Source of the DNA: Tubulanus polymorphus
Taxonomy: Eukaryota; Animalia; Nemertea
Direction: 5' to 3'
Length of the DNA stretch: 64,000 nt
NCBI RefSeq assembly: GCF_964204645.1
Contig: NC_134029.1
Location: 18,160,950 to 18,224,949 of the forward strand
Position numbers and translations under genes: made by a program. Shown piece after piece: positions 1 through 10,319 of the stretch; the first letter of the stretch is position 1, and each line of letters starts with the position of its first letter. The notes beneath the pieces are model-generated. The model made no database searches. It worked only from the letters and a program-made list of their open reading frames with translations, and was not told where the DNA came from.

Positions 1-8
1 TATCATAA

Positions 9-98
9 GCTTTCAGACTGGGTGCAACAACCATAGGTGAAATAATTCCGGATGCATGTGACGCAATTAACGCAAGCATGAAAGACGAATTTATGAAG
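9..98 (+). pseudogene. PIF/Harbinger transposase exon fragment
   Basis: Translates AFRLGATTIGEIIPDACDAINASMKDEFMK, followed by a GT donor at 99. This resembles the HTH region of HARBI1-type transposases (FRxGxxTxxxII.xxCxAI...YMK). An in-frame stop lies just upstream. Confidence 0.6.
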
Positions 99-993
99 GT
101 GAATAGCAAATAAAGGAGCTTTACCTGGTTAAAATAAATTCTGCATTGCCTTCCATGATGACTTAATTGTTTTTTTTTTTCAGAGTCAACTAAAGACCAA
201 ATTTAACATTCGGAGAACATTTTTTCGATAGGAGAGCAGCACCATCCCACCTAGGATAAGTACTTTATTCAGATGAGAAGTTACTTATGTTGGCCACATT
301 ATTTAAATTGTAGATGGAGTAGTACAAGTTCAAGTGATGAATGAGAAATGTAGCGCAATTAGAAACATGAAAATTTCCAAGAATCCGAAAGAAGTCAGCA
401 GATTCATTGGAACCATAAATATCTGGCGATATTCTTACCAAAGTTCCAGTCTCTATTGAAACTGTTGAAATAATCAATATCTAAGAAAGAAGTTACAGAG
501 AGACAATCGATAGAGATCTATTCACAAGTTAAAGCAGCCATGCTTAAATTGATCAGCTAACTTCAGCACTAATATCATGCTAAGTATCAACTTTTGCAAG
601 CAATGAAATGTCTGAATCCGAAAGAAATTGTTGAAAATCTGGTTGTAATTCTATCATTTCAATAAAGTGCTTTTAAGTACTTATTGACTCAAAGAAAGTG
701 AATGAGAAATAATTCCAGCGACATGTGATGCAATTGGTGCAAGCATGAAAGACAAATTTATGAAGGTAACTACCAAATAAAGGAGCTTTACCTGGTAAAC
801 ATTAATTTTGTATTGTTATCTTGTATCCATGATGACTTTATTGATTTTAACTAAATCAACCAAATGAAACACTTCTTGTTCAACTTCAGAGACGCACCAT
901 CTCACCTAAGGTATGTAGGTTAGATGTGATATGAAGTTAGTTATGTTGGACATTTTATTTCAATTGTAGATAAAGTAGTATAAGTTCAAGTAA
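39..993. repeat. Degenerate direct duplication (about 39-333 repeated at about 706-993; offset about 667 bp)
   Basis: Shared blocks GAAATAATTCC, GCAAGCATGAAAGAC, AAATAAAGGAGCTTTACCTGGT, CCATGATGACTT and AAGTTCAAGT occur in both copies. Confidence 0.8.
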
Positions 994-1138
994 GGGATCA
1001 TTCATTTATTACGTATGCATTAGGGAGGAGTCAATCGCTTATTGTAATGCTTAATGTATATGAAGAAATGGGCCGATTTTGCATACAGAGGGGGATTGAA
1101 AAATTCAAATTTTATGCGTACGTAATAAATGCATGATC
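994..1138. mobile_element. Tourist/Harbinger-like MITE whose right TIR is interrupted by the copia LTR
   Basis: TAA|GGGATCATTCATTTATTACGTATGCAT ... ATGCGTACGTAATAAATGCATGATC| is an inverted pair missing only the last CCC. The paralogous site at about 333 is empty. Confidence 0.75.
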
Positions 1139-1383
1139 TGTTAGATAATGTTAACTATGTTATTTTTATATTGTGGTTAGAAATATTCCATCATCCTCCT
1201 GATGATCATGTGCATGTATGACTATGACTCATTTACGCATGATGATGATATGATGAAATAAAGATTAGTTGATTAGTAGATTTAGCAGAAACAAGACGTT
1301 GTTGCATTGTTTTATCCCCAAGTTCTGGATTCCGCTGTTAATTACTCAAGTTCATGTTAAGGATGGCTTCTAGCGCTCCAACA
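1139..1383 (+). repeat. copia 5' LTR (245 bp)
   Basis: Starts TGTTAGATAATG and ends CTCCAACA immediately before the PBS. AATAAA at about 1257. Confidence 0.9.
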
Positions 1384-1920
1384 GGTTATGGGCCCAGGAG
1401 AAACTTGATTTTTGATGGCGATGAGAAGAGGTATGAACTGTGGGAAGCGAAGTTTTTGGTGTACATGAGACTTCAAAAACTTTATGAAGTATTGATTCCG
1501 GCAGCAGGGCTAGAGGCTCAAGCCCCAAATGCCAATGATAATGCGAACGCATATGCGATATTATAAACTGTTTGGATGACAGAAGTCTAACCCTTGTCAT
1601 CCGTGATGCCGAAAATGATGGCAGATAGGCTTTGAAAATTTTGAGAGAACACTATGTCCAACCGGGAAATCAAAGATAATTGGATTATATCATGAACTTA
1701 CAACAATTCAGAAACGAAGTGGTGAAAGTGTTACCGACTATATGCTGAGGGCCGAGAGTGCAGCCACAGCATTAAAGTCAGCAGGAGAAAAAATAGGGGA
1801 TGGATTGCTCGTAGCTATGGTGTTAAAAGGATTACCCCCGTCGTATAAAAAGAGAAGGAAGTGAATTGGAGCGAATTCAAAGTGTCGTTAAGAAATTTCG
1901 AGGAAACCGAAAATGATAAA
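1363..1920 (+). pseudogene. copia gag remnant (frameshifted)
   Basis: MASSAPTGYGPRRNLIFDGDEKRYELWEAKFL; then in other frames CLDDRSLTLVIRDAENDGR*ALKILREHY, ESVTDYMLRAESAATALKSAGEKIGDGLLVAMVLKGLP and EFKVSLRNFEETE. Confidence 0.85.
1384..1397 (+). promoter_or_regulatory. Primer-binding site GGTTATGGGCCCAG (half-tRNA iMet type)
   Basis: Same PBS sequence as Drosophila copia, directly abutting the LTR-terminal CA. Confidence 0.88.
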
Positions 1921-3220
1921 ATTACAATTTTTGGAACTAAAATTTGTATTTCCGAGTAGTACTTACCCATTCCTATGGTTTTTGCCAATATTGGCCCCAG
2001 GGACTACAGGGCTTTTGGGTCCAATTTTGGGGTATCATCGAAACAAATTATCTACTTTTATACCAATGTAGATGTACAGCAACATGCATTAGTTCATTAA
2101 CCGGCATGGTGATGGCAGCAACTCACAGCAAGACATTGTGATTTTTTTCAAAAATGGCAGCCCCCATGCTCCGCGCAGGAAGCAATGTTAGAAGGGTAAG
2201 TTTTCTCAAATTACATCAAAAATATTGATTGCATGTAATTAAGTAATTATTTTGGCGCTGGTGTAATTACTAAAGAATGCTTAGGTGCATAAATTGCAGT
2301 TTTGTCAATTATAATCTGTGTACCGGGCGCCAAAATTTTGTGTAGCTGCTCGGCTACATTGGTAAAAGTACTCGAAAATATTTTGGAAGTAAATATTTTA
2401 GCGGTGCTGCTCACAGCTTCAGTTTGTTGGAACCATGTTTTACATGTTCGCCACCTATTGTCAGCCAGCGCAGTGGTGTCTCATTATCCAATGCCAAAAT
2501 TTTTACAAATATTTTGTGCAGAAGATTTATAATCAAAAAAATTAACTTTATTTTGCAGAGACACATATCGGATATAAATGATATTCTGGATGCTGTCCTA
2601 GATGACGACAGTGAGTATGACCAGCTGTCGGATGGTCAGGTTGATGATGATGATGGCTGGGATGACTATGATCCAGACATAGACACTGGCGCCACCAGCG
2701 ATGACGACATCCCTGACGACCGTAATCAAAAAGAAAGTGATCGATCCGATTCGGATGATGAACCGTTGTCATCTATCGTCAATCCTAATAGGCTGAACAC
2801 AAACAATCAGCTGACAGCTAGATCGGATGAACCGTACGAGTTTGAAAGTCAACGACAGTTTGTGGCACCAACTGTTCCAAACTTCACACCGAAACCTGTT
2901 AGACCAGACCCAGCGGAGAAGACACCATTTGAATACTTCAAGTCATTTGTGACCGACGGAATGATTGAACTGGTGCAACAGAGTCCAACAAGTATGGCAT
3001 CACGAAAAAAGGTCAATATTTTCAGTTCACGGCACAAGAAATTGTGACATACCTCGGTCTATATCTGTATATGGGCCTTGTGAAAATGCCAGCTGTGAGT
3101 TGCTACTGGCAAAACGAACTTAGATAATTTCCAGGTGCGGACAATATGAGCCGTAATCGCTTTTATAGCATCCAGTTGATGATTCATCGGTCGATAACAA
3201 TCTTGCCACAGAAGATGATA

Positions 3221-3665
3221 AACAAGGAGCCTGTCGGCTTATATAGCTCCGCTGTGTGATTTGAAGAAATAGGAGCTGCATACCTAGGGGTGCCCCTTTT
3301 GGCCAAATCCAATCCTTTTGGCTCTGTACTTTGTAGGTATTGGTCCATAGAACATTCATACCAAATTTGGAATGGATCTGATTAAAACTGTAGGACTAGT
3401 AGCGATTTGAAGAAATAGAAACTCCACCCCAGGGGCGGCCCCTGGGGGACAAATCCAAAAAATGGCACTGTAACTTTATAGCCCTTGGTCTATAGAAAAT
3501 TCATACCAAATTTGGAATTGATCAGATTAAAACTGTAGGACTAGTAGCGATTTGAAGAAAAAGTTGACAGACGACGAACGAATGAACGAACACACGAATG
3601 AACGACGACGGCTCACCCCTTAGCCCATTAGCTCCGCTGACTTTCGGTCACAGTGGAGCTAAAAA
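3221..3665. mobile_element. Non-autonomous Helentron-like element (HINE/DINE-1 type), copy A
   Basis: Begins AACAAGG. TAGCTCCGCTG at 3244 is repeated at 3628 and inverted as CAGTGGAGCTA just before the AAAA end. GACR/GAAC microsatellite at 3566-3610; about 145-bp internal tandem repeat. Confidence 0.72.
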
Positions 3666-3789
3666 CAAATACAACTTTAGTAAAAATTGTTTATTAGACG
3701 AAGTGGAATGGCAAAAAATTTCCGGGAATTTTTTGTTGAAAGTCTCGATTTCCGGAACTCCGGAAATTTCCAGAAATCTGGCAACACTG

Positions 3790-5059
3790 TACATTGTTAT
3801 TCTCATTGTCATTGCATTGTAAGGCCACCCTAAAAGAACCATAGGGGGAACGAAGTCAACCGATACATCATTTAAGTGTCTTTTTGAGGGTTACAGAAAA
3901 TCCAAAAGAGCCCCCTATCATCTGTAATAGTTTAGGAGCTAGGGCTAAAAAAAGTAATCTTTTGGAAATTGGGGTCCCCATAAGGCCCAAAGCGTTTGAC
4001 CTAGAAAGATGCCACTCCAGACAAAAATTAACTTCGGGTTGTTAGCTACAACTTGCTGCTGACATCAAGGAGAAATCTCAAAGGTAAAAAACTTTTCTCA
4101 TTGAACTTTTCTATCTCTAAAATTAAACAAGATAAATCTATAAATAGAACTAATTTGCAAAACATCCTCTATACTTATGTAGGCATCATTCCATAGATCA
4201 TTCATAAAAAGTTTAATTCAAATTTGATAAAAACTGAAGAAGGTGTAGCGATTTAAGTGAAAATCTAAAAAAATTATCCCTAATTTGCAAAATTTATGCA
4301 TAATCTAGAATATGGCTCTATACTGGTTTAGACAATCCCCTATAAAAACATTCATACTAAGTTTGAAATCCGCTGAAAATTGGAGGAGTAGCGATTGAAA
4401 GGAAAATCTAAAAAAGGCCTAATTTGCATAATTTATGCAAAATCAAAAATATGGCTCTATACTTTTGTAGGCACTCCCCAATAGATCATTCATATGAAGT
4501 TTGGTTGAAATCTACTGAAAACTGGAGTAGAAGTAGCAATTTAAGTGAAAATCTAAAAATAGCCCTAATTTGCATAATTTATGCAAAATCAAAAGTATGG
4601 CTCTATACTTTTGTAGGCACTCCCCCATACATCATTCGTACCAAGTTTGGTTGATATCTACTGAAAACTGAAGTAGAAGTAGCAATTTAAGTGAAAATCT
4701 AAAAATAGCCCTAATTTGCATAATTTATGCAAAATCAAAAATATGGCTCTTTACTTTTGTAGGCACTCCCCCATAGATCATTCATACCAAGTTTGATTGA
4801 AATCCGCTGAAAATCGATGGAGGAGTAGCGATTTTAGTGAAAATCTAAAAATAGCCCTAATTTGCATAATTTATGCAAAATCAAAATTATGGCTCTGTAC
4901 TTTTGTAGGCACTCCCCCATAGATCATTCATACCAAGTTTCATCAAGATCCCATCAGAACTGTAGGACAAGTAGGGATATAAAGAAAAAGTTGACGCCGG
5001 ACACCGAACACCGGACGGACGGACGACGACGACGAACCCCCTAACCCATCAGCTAAAAA
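3790..5059. mobile_element. Non-autonomous Helentron-like element, copy B, with a central satellite array
   Basis: 146-bp array followed by a GGAC/GAC microsatellite (5014-5035) and an AGCTAAAAA end. The left boundary is approximate. Confidence 0.65.
4150..4990. repeat. Tandem array, about 6 units of 146 bp
   Basis: TAATTTGCATAATTTATGCAAAATC starts at 4420, 4566, 4712 and 4858. More degenerate units at 4151 and 4281. Confidence 0.92.
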
Positions 5060-6540
5060 GCTGATCGGATATGGAAACTCCGTCCGTGGTTAGAATCACT
5101 GCGGAAAAATTTTCTTTCGGTCAGTAATGATGATGAAAACCAAAGCATAGACGAGATTATGGTCCCCTTCAAAGGAAGGTCAATTTGTAAGCAGTACATG
5201 CCAAAAAAACTGAAAAAATGGGGCTTTAAATTGTGGGGGCGCTGTAGTGCATCTGGTTTCCTCCACGATTTCGCTGTATACCAAGGCAAGGGCACTGGCA
5301 TTGGTATCGATGATCTGCAACACTGTGGCCTCGGCGGTAATGTCGTCTTGCTGATGTGTCAGTCACTACCACCAAATGTACCATACAAGGTCTTTGCAGA
5401 CAATTATTTTTCCAACTTTGAAATGGCAGCTGAAATTGCTCGACGGGGTCTTCAGTACACAGGTACAATTCAGTCAAACCGCGTGCACAATGCGCCGCTA
5501 AAATCCGAGAAAGATTTGAAAGAAATGGGACGTGGAGCCATTTCCGCTATGTACGAGAAGACCAGAAACCTGTCTCTCGTGTGCTGGTTAGACAACAAGG
5601 TCGTGAGGCTTATTTCCACATATGCTGGAAAAGACCCGGTCGAGCAGGTGCAGCGATATGACAAGTCCAGCAAAACTCGTGCAGGTAAACCGTCCTGCCA
5701 TAATCAAACTCTACAACCAGAGCATGGGTGGAGTAGATTTGCTTGACATGATATCATCTCTGTATAAGCGACAGTTGAAGAGTAAAAGATGGTATCTGTA
5801 TATCTTTTACCACACTGTCACCTTGGCAGTTGCGAATTCTTGGTTTTTGTACAGGCGAGATTGTAACTTACTTGGCATAAAGAAGACCATGCCCATGAAA
5901 GTATTCCAAGCCACCCTCGCCCAGGCTCTGGTAAAGAAGGGTAAGCCATGCCGTGGTCGTCCATCACTCGCAGAGCTCAAATCTCCACCGGCTAAGAAGT
6001 ATCGTGTGGCTATTCCAACTCCTGATATCAGATATGACTGTGTTGACCATTGGCCCATTCATGATGAAAATAAGCGCAATCGTTGAAACTGCTATGCAAC
6101 ATACCACAGAATGTAAGCTATGCAACATACCACAGAAAGTAAATTACTTTCTGTGTTATGTTGAATAGCAGTTTGCGACCAAATCTGTCAGAAGTCTGTA
6201 ACCATGGTAAGGGTGGCAATAGTGTCAGTACATTTATTAATAATTTTCGTAAGCACTGTGTGCAATGAAATAAGATGAGTCTTGTTCTCTAAAAATATAA
6301 TCACCCATGATAAGAATGTAGTTGAGTGTACTTTTCTCCAAAGTTAATTTGATTATTATGCTGTTCGGTTACCGTTTGTTACCAATGTAGCTCCTCAGCT
6401 ACAAATCCTAAAAGTAGGTCAAGTGGGCTAAATTTAAAATTTAATGGTCCTAGGTTGTTCTTTATGCCCTATAGGCTTAAAATACAGGTGGATATATTTT
6501 TTAGGCCAGTTAGAAGTGTTCTTGGTATTCAGAGGGTTAA

Positions 6541-7005
6541 AGTTGTCTGGTTACTGTGATGCAGATTGGGGTAATGCACCGGATAGACGTAGTATAACTG
6601 GTTACTGTTTTCGTCTGAGTGATAGTGGACCTGTTATTTCTTGGAAATCCAGGACACAGCCCACTGTAGCTTTATCAACATGTGAGGCTGAGTACAAGGC
6701 TATGTCAGCTGCAATATACCTCAAACAATTATGGTTAGATTTAGATTTTAATTGTCTTGAACAAATGTATGTATTATTGTATGGTGATAACCAAGGTGCT
6801 CTTATGCTTGCGACAAATTCAGTGTATCATCAAAGGTTTGAAGCATATTGATATTAGATACCACTATATTAGAGATGCTGTAAACTTTAAACAAATCGGT
6901 TCAGTCTATGTACCATCTGAACAAAACATTGCTGACATATGTACCAAGTCTGTAACTAAAGTGAAACTTAATAGGTTCCTGGAAAAAGTATTTGGTTCAA
7001 CTTAA
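6541..7005 (+). pseudogene. copia RNase H remnant
   Basis: [69 protein letters not shown]; one frameshift. Confidence 0.93.
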
Positions 7006-7141
7006 ATTCAAAATGTTGATGACGTATGTTTATGACTGTTTGTTTTATATATGCATAACATATATTTTGTAGATTAGTTTTTGAATGTAAGAACGTAATG
7101 TTGTAGTTTTAGGATCATGAGAACATCAGTTTAGGAGGGGA

Positions 7142-7230
7142 TGTTAGATAATGTAAACTAATGTTATTTTTATATTGTGGTTAGAAATATTCCATCATCC
7201 TCCTGATGATCATGTGCATGTATGACTATG
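7142..7230 (+). repeat. copia 3' LTR, truncated after 89 bp
   Basis: Matches the start of the 5' LTR with about two differences, then switches abruptly to TATGGCGGGC. Confidence 0.9.
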
Positions 7231-7408
7231 TATGGCGGGCGATAACCACCAAAATATAGCATTACTTTGAAAGATAGTGAAAAGATGATGAAAAGATGAT
7301 GAAAAGATGAAGATGAAATAATGAAAAAGATAGTGAAATAATGATAAAAAGATGATAAGGTGAAACGATGAAAAGACGTTGGAAGATGATAAGTAAAAAG
7401 GTTATTAA

Positions 7409-10319
7409 CCCTGGGAAGCCCAGGGTAACACGGGTGTCACATAGATTTGGTAGGGGGTCTACACCAACATAATAATGAATAAATGCTTTTTACAGCCTTT
7501 ATTACCCAAAGTGACATCCCTGTCGCATAACTAGCGACATCTGGTGGGTGAAATTTACTCTTACTTATTCTGATTGAAAATTCAAAATGGCGGCGCCCAC
7601 AGATTTTGGAAATTGGTGAAAACTTCGAATTTGGATCCTTCTCAGCTTGTACACAGGCAAGTATACCTTATAAGTTTGTATTGTTGTAAAAGTACAGGTA
7701 ACAGAGACTCTGCAGAAACACAGTTTGAAAAGTTATCTAGCTATATTGATGTTACATGGCTAATGTGACACCGGTGTCGCACTGGGTCATTCTGTCACTT
7801 TTTGCTTCAAAATCACTGTAAGGATTTATGTTTCCATATCTGTATAAATAGATATATGGTGCCTTCATTATGCTCTGTGGCACCCTGTGAGTAAACAGTT
7901 ATGGTTGTGCATGCGCTTGTCGATCTTATAACGTCAACGATCCTGATCAATAAATAGTTGATCGCCGACTGGGGGTAAAGGACTCATAATCATGGTTCAA
8001 TCAATGACAGTTATTTGAACATTTTACTTATCCAATTTCCAAATTTTATTTTCCAGATAAAATGGCTGGTAGACGCAGACTTCAGCTGAACGATGTATTG
8101 CCATTGATAGACACAAACGATAGTGATTTCGGCGAATCAGATTCGGATGATTCCGAATCAGAACGCAATGCATCTGCCGAAGATCCTCAGTCATCTGACG
8201 ATGATTCTCAGTCCTCTTCAGAAGGGGATGAGAGCAGTGAGGAGTTTGATTCATCTGACGATGAGCCACTATCAAGACAAGCTGGACCATTATGGACAAA
8301 GGGGCCTCCCCATCGATACGAGCCACCAGACACGCAGTTCACTGGCCCTACATACAAATTACCAGATGATATGATAGAGCCAGAGACCCCTGTTTCGTAT
8401 TTTAGAAAATTCGTAACAACAGAAATGTTGGATAAACTGACCGAACAGACAAACATTTACAGCATCCAGAAAGGCGGAACATCTGTTGACACAAACCTAA
8501 AAGAAATCGAGAAAGTCATAGGAATTTATTTGCGCATGGGTCTTCACCAGATGGCAGGAACACGCTCATACTGGGAAACTAACATTGGATGTGAATTTGT
8601 CAGTAAAGTGATGAGTCGAAATAGGTTTAGTAAGATTTTGACTGTGTTGCATTTTGTTGACAATATGCTGGTCTCTGATGAAGAAAAAAAAAATGACAAG
8701 ATCTGGAAGATCAGGCCATGGATTGATGCTCTCAGAGCCAATTGCTTGAAACTTGTCGCAAAAGAACAAAATGCAGTGGATGAAATGATGGTTGCATTCA
8801 AAGGCAAAACAAGCAGCATAAGGCAGTATGTGAAAGGGAAACCACACCCGTGGGGATTCAAAATGTGGGTGCGCTCAGATGATACCGGAATGACATATGA
8901 TTTTGAGGTGTACCAAGGTGGTGATGGGAAGAGAACGGAATTAGGACAGGGGCCGGATGTCGTGATGAAATTGACTTCGACCTTGCCGAATGATGTCAAC
9001 TACAAAATCTTCGCAGATAATCTGTTTGTATCTGCCAAAGTGTGCATCAAACTGAAGCAGTCCGGAAAACACTTGACTGGTACTATGCGTGCTAACCGCT
9101 TGGCTACTGTCGGCCTAAAATCTGAAAACCAATTGAAAGAAACTGGACGTGGTACGTATGACTACAAAATAGATGAGCGCCATAACCTTGCTGCTGTGGC
9201 TTGGTACGACAACAGGCGAGTAGTACTCTTCTCAACATATGTCGCAGTTGAACCAGTTGACGAAGCTCGTAGATGGGACAAAACACGAAAGGAGTATGTC
9301 AATGTCACCAGGCCAGCCGTATTGAAAGAGTACAACACGTTCATGGGGGGCGTTGACCTCATGGACTCGTACATAGCGAAATACCGACAGAAAATAAAAT
9401 CACGTCGATGGTACCTCTACCTGTTTTGGCATACCGTCACCATGGGGGTGATAAATGCCTGGCTCAGTTATCGAAGGGACTGTGAACTGTTGCGAATACC
9501 TAAACAAAATGTACTGAAACAACGACAGTTTCAGGCAATTGTCGCGACAGCGCTTATTGAGGTTGGTGTTGCCAGGAAGCGTGGCCGACCAAATATCGCT
9601 GATGCTGTAGTTCCATTTTCACCACCACAGCCGAGGAAACAAAGAACTGCACCCATACGTGATGTACAGAAAGACTGTGTTGGCCACTGGCAAATAAATG
9701 TTGCGAAGCGTGGACGTTGTAAACACTGTGAAAAAAATCAGACAACAACCTTGTGCGAGAAATGTAACGTTCGATTGTGTTTTGTAGAGGATCGTAACTG
9801 CTTTCACACATACCATATATAGTGTCTTTTCAGCTGTCTATCAGCAGACCTCTGTGTTTTAACAACAATGACAGTATTTGTATCATATCAAACTGAAGGC
9901 CTAGGCATAGTCTATGTGGTACTGAAATGAGTCCAGGTACATTTTTCCCGCGTTACATATGGGACAAAATTATTGTAAAATTTTTTCCTTGTCTGATGAA
10001 CTTGAAGTTTATTTTATGCTTTTTTATGAATTTTGTGTTTTTGAATTTTTATGAAAAGTGTATTTTTAATAAAGCCATAACATGGTAAGTGTATCTTTGA
10101 AAAAAATATTTTAAAACAATTTGGAAAATTTTTTTGCTTTGGTGACACATATGCCCAATGTGACATATATGTCACATTTCCCAAATTACAGAAAAAAATT
10201 TAAAGAAATTAAAAAAACCATGTATATGCCTATTAGACCTTTTAGACCTATTAGGCCTATTAAAATGACCAAATAACATAATTTTCCTGCAACTTTAAGA
10301 TACCCTGGGCTTCCCAGGG
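7409..10319 (+). mobile_element. piggyBac-2, full length (2,911 bp), apparently intact
   Basis: Perfect 19-bp TIRs CCCTGGGAAGCCCAGGGTA at 7409-7427 and 10301-10319. Left flank TTAA, right flank TTTTAA. Uninterrupted transposase ORF. Confidence 0.95.
8062..9822 (+). CDS. piggyBac transposase (PGBD3-like), 586 aa
   Basis: Acidic N-terminus; catalytic DDD in AVDEMMV, FADNLF and GGVDLMD; KPHPWGFKMW; C-terminal Cys-rich domain CKHC..CEKC..LCF....CF..YH. AATAAA at 10068. Confidence 0.96.
   Translation: MAGRRRLQLNDVLPLIDTNDSDFGESDSDDSESERNASAEDPQSSDDDSQSSSEGDESSEEFDSSDDEPLSRQAGPLWTKGPPHRYEPPDTQFTGPTYKLPDDMIEPETPVSYFRKFVTTEMLDKLTEQTNIYSIQKGGTSVDTNLKEIEKVIGIYLRMGLHQMAGTRSYWETNIGCEFVSKVMSRNRFSKILTVLHFVDNMLVSDEEKKNDKIWKIRPWIDALRANCLKLVAKEQNAVDEMMVAFKGKTSSIRQYVKGKPHPWGFKMWVRSDDTGMTYDFEVYQGGDGKRTELGQGPDVVMKLTSTLPNDVNYKIFADNLFVSAKVCIKLKQSGKHLTGTMRANRLATVGLKSENQLKETGRGTYDYKIDERHNLAAVAWYDNRRVVLFSTYVAVEPVDEARRWDKTRKEYVNVTRPAVLKEYNTFMGGVDLMDSYIAKYRQKIKSRRWYLYLFWHTVTMGVINAWLSYRRDCELLRIPKQNVLKQRQFQAIVATALIEVGVARKRGRPNIADAVVPFSPPQPRKQRTAPIRDVQKDCVGHWQINVAKRGRCKHCEKNQTTTLCEKCNVRLCFVEDRNCFHTYHI

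Larger units (their letters stand above)
2154..6166 (+). pseudogene. piggyBac (PGBD3-like) transposase pseudogene: one intron, frameshifts and a 1.8-kb insertion
   Basis: Exon 2154-2195 MAAPMLRAGSNVRR, GTAAG...TTTTGCAG intron 2196-2558, then an acidic N-terminus, TPFEYFKSF, IWKLRPWL, SIDEIMVPFKG, KWGFKLW, FADNYF, MGGVDLLD and KRWY, and a degenerate Cys-rich tail. Confidence 0.9.
1921..6536 (+). mobile_element. piggyBac-1, defective; left TIR not found
   Basis: Right end ...CTTGGTATTCAGAGGG followed by TTAA (6537-6540), where copia RNase H resumes. Internal palindromes TGTAGC-N6-GCTACA at 2341 and 6386, degenerate at 2067. Transposase remnants inside. The left boundary is approximate. Confidence 0.85.
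1139..7230 (+). mobile_element. Ty1/copia LTR retrotransposon, internally deleted and disrupted
   Basis: 5' LTR TG...CA at 1139-1383; PBS at 1384; gag remnant; RNase H remnant 6541-7005; PPT TTAGGAGGGGA at 7131-7141; 3' LTR from 7142 nearly identical to the 5' LTR until 7230. Confidence 0.92.

Noticed and set aside
4150-4990. Regular repeats as a possible CRISPR array
   Set aside because: Whole 146-bp units repeat with no unique spacers, there are no cas genes, and the context is eukaryotic.
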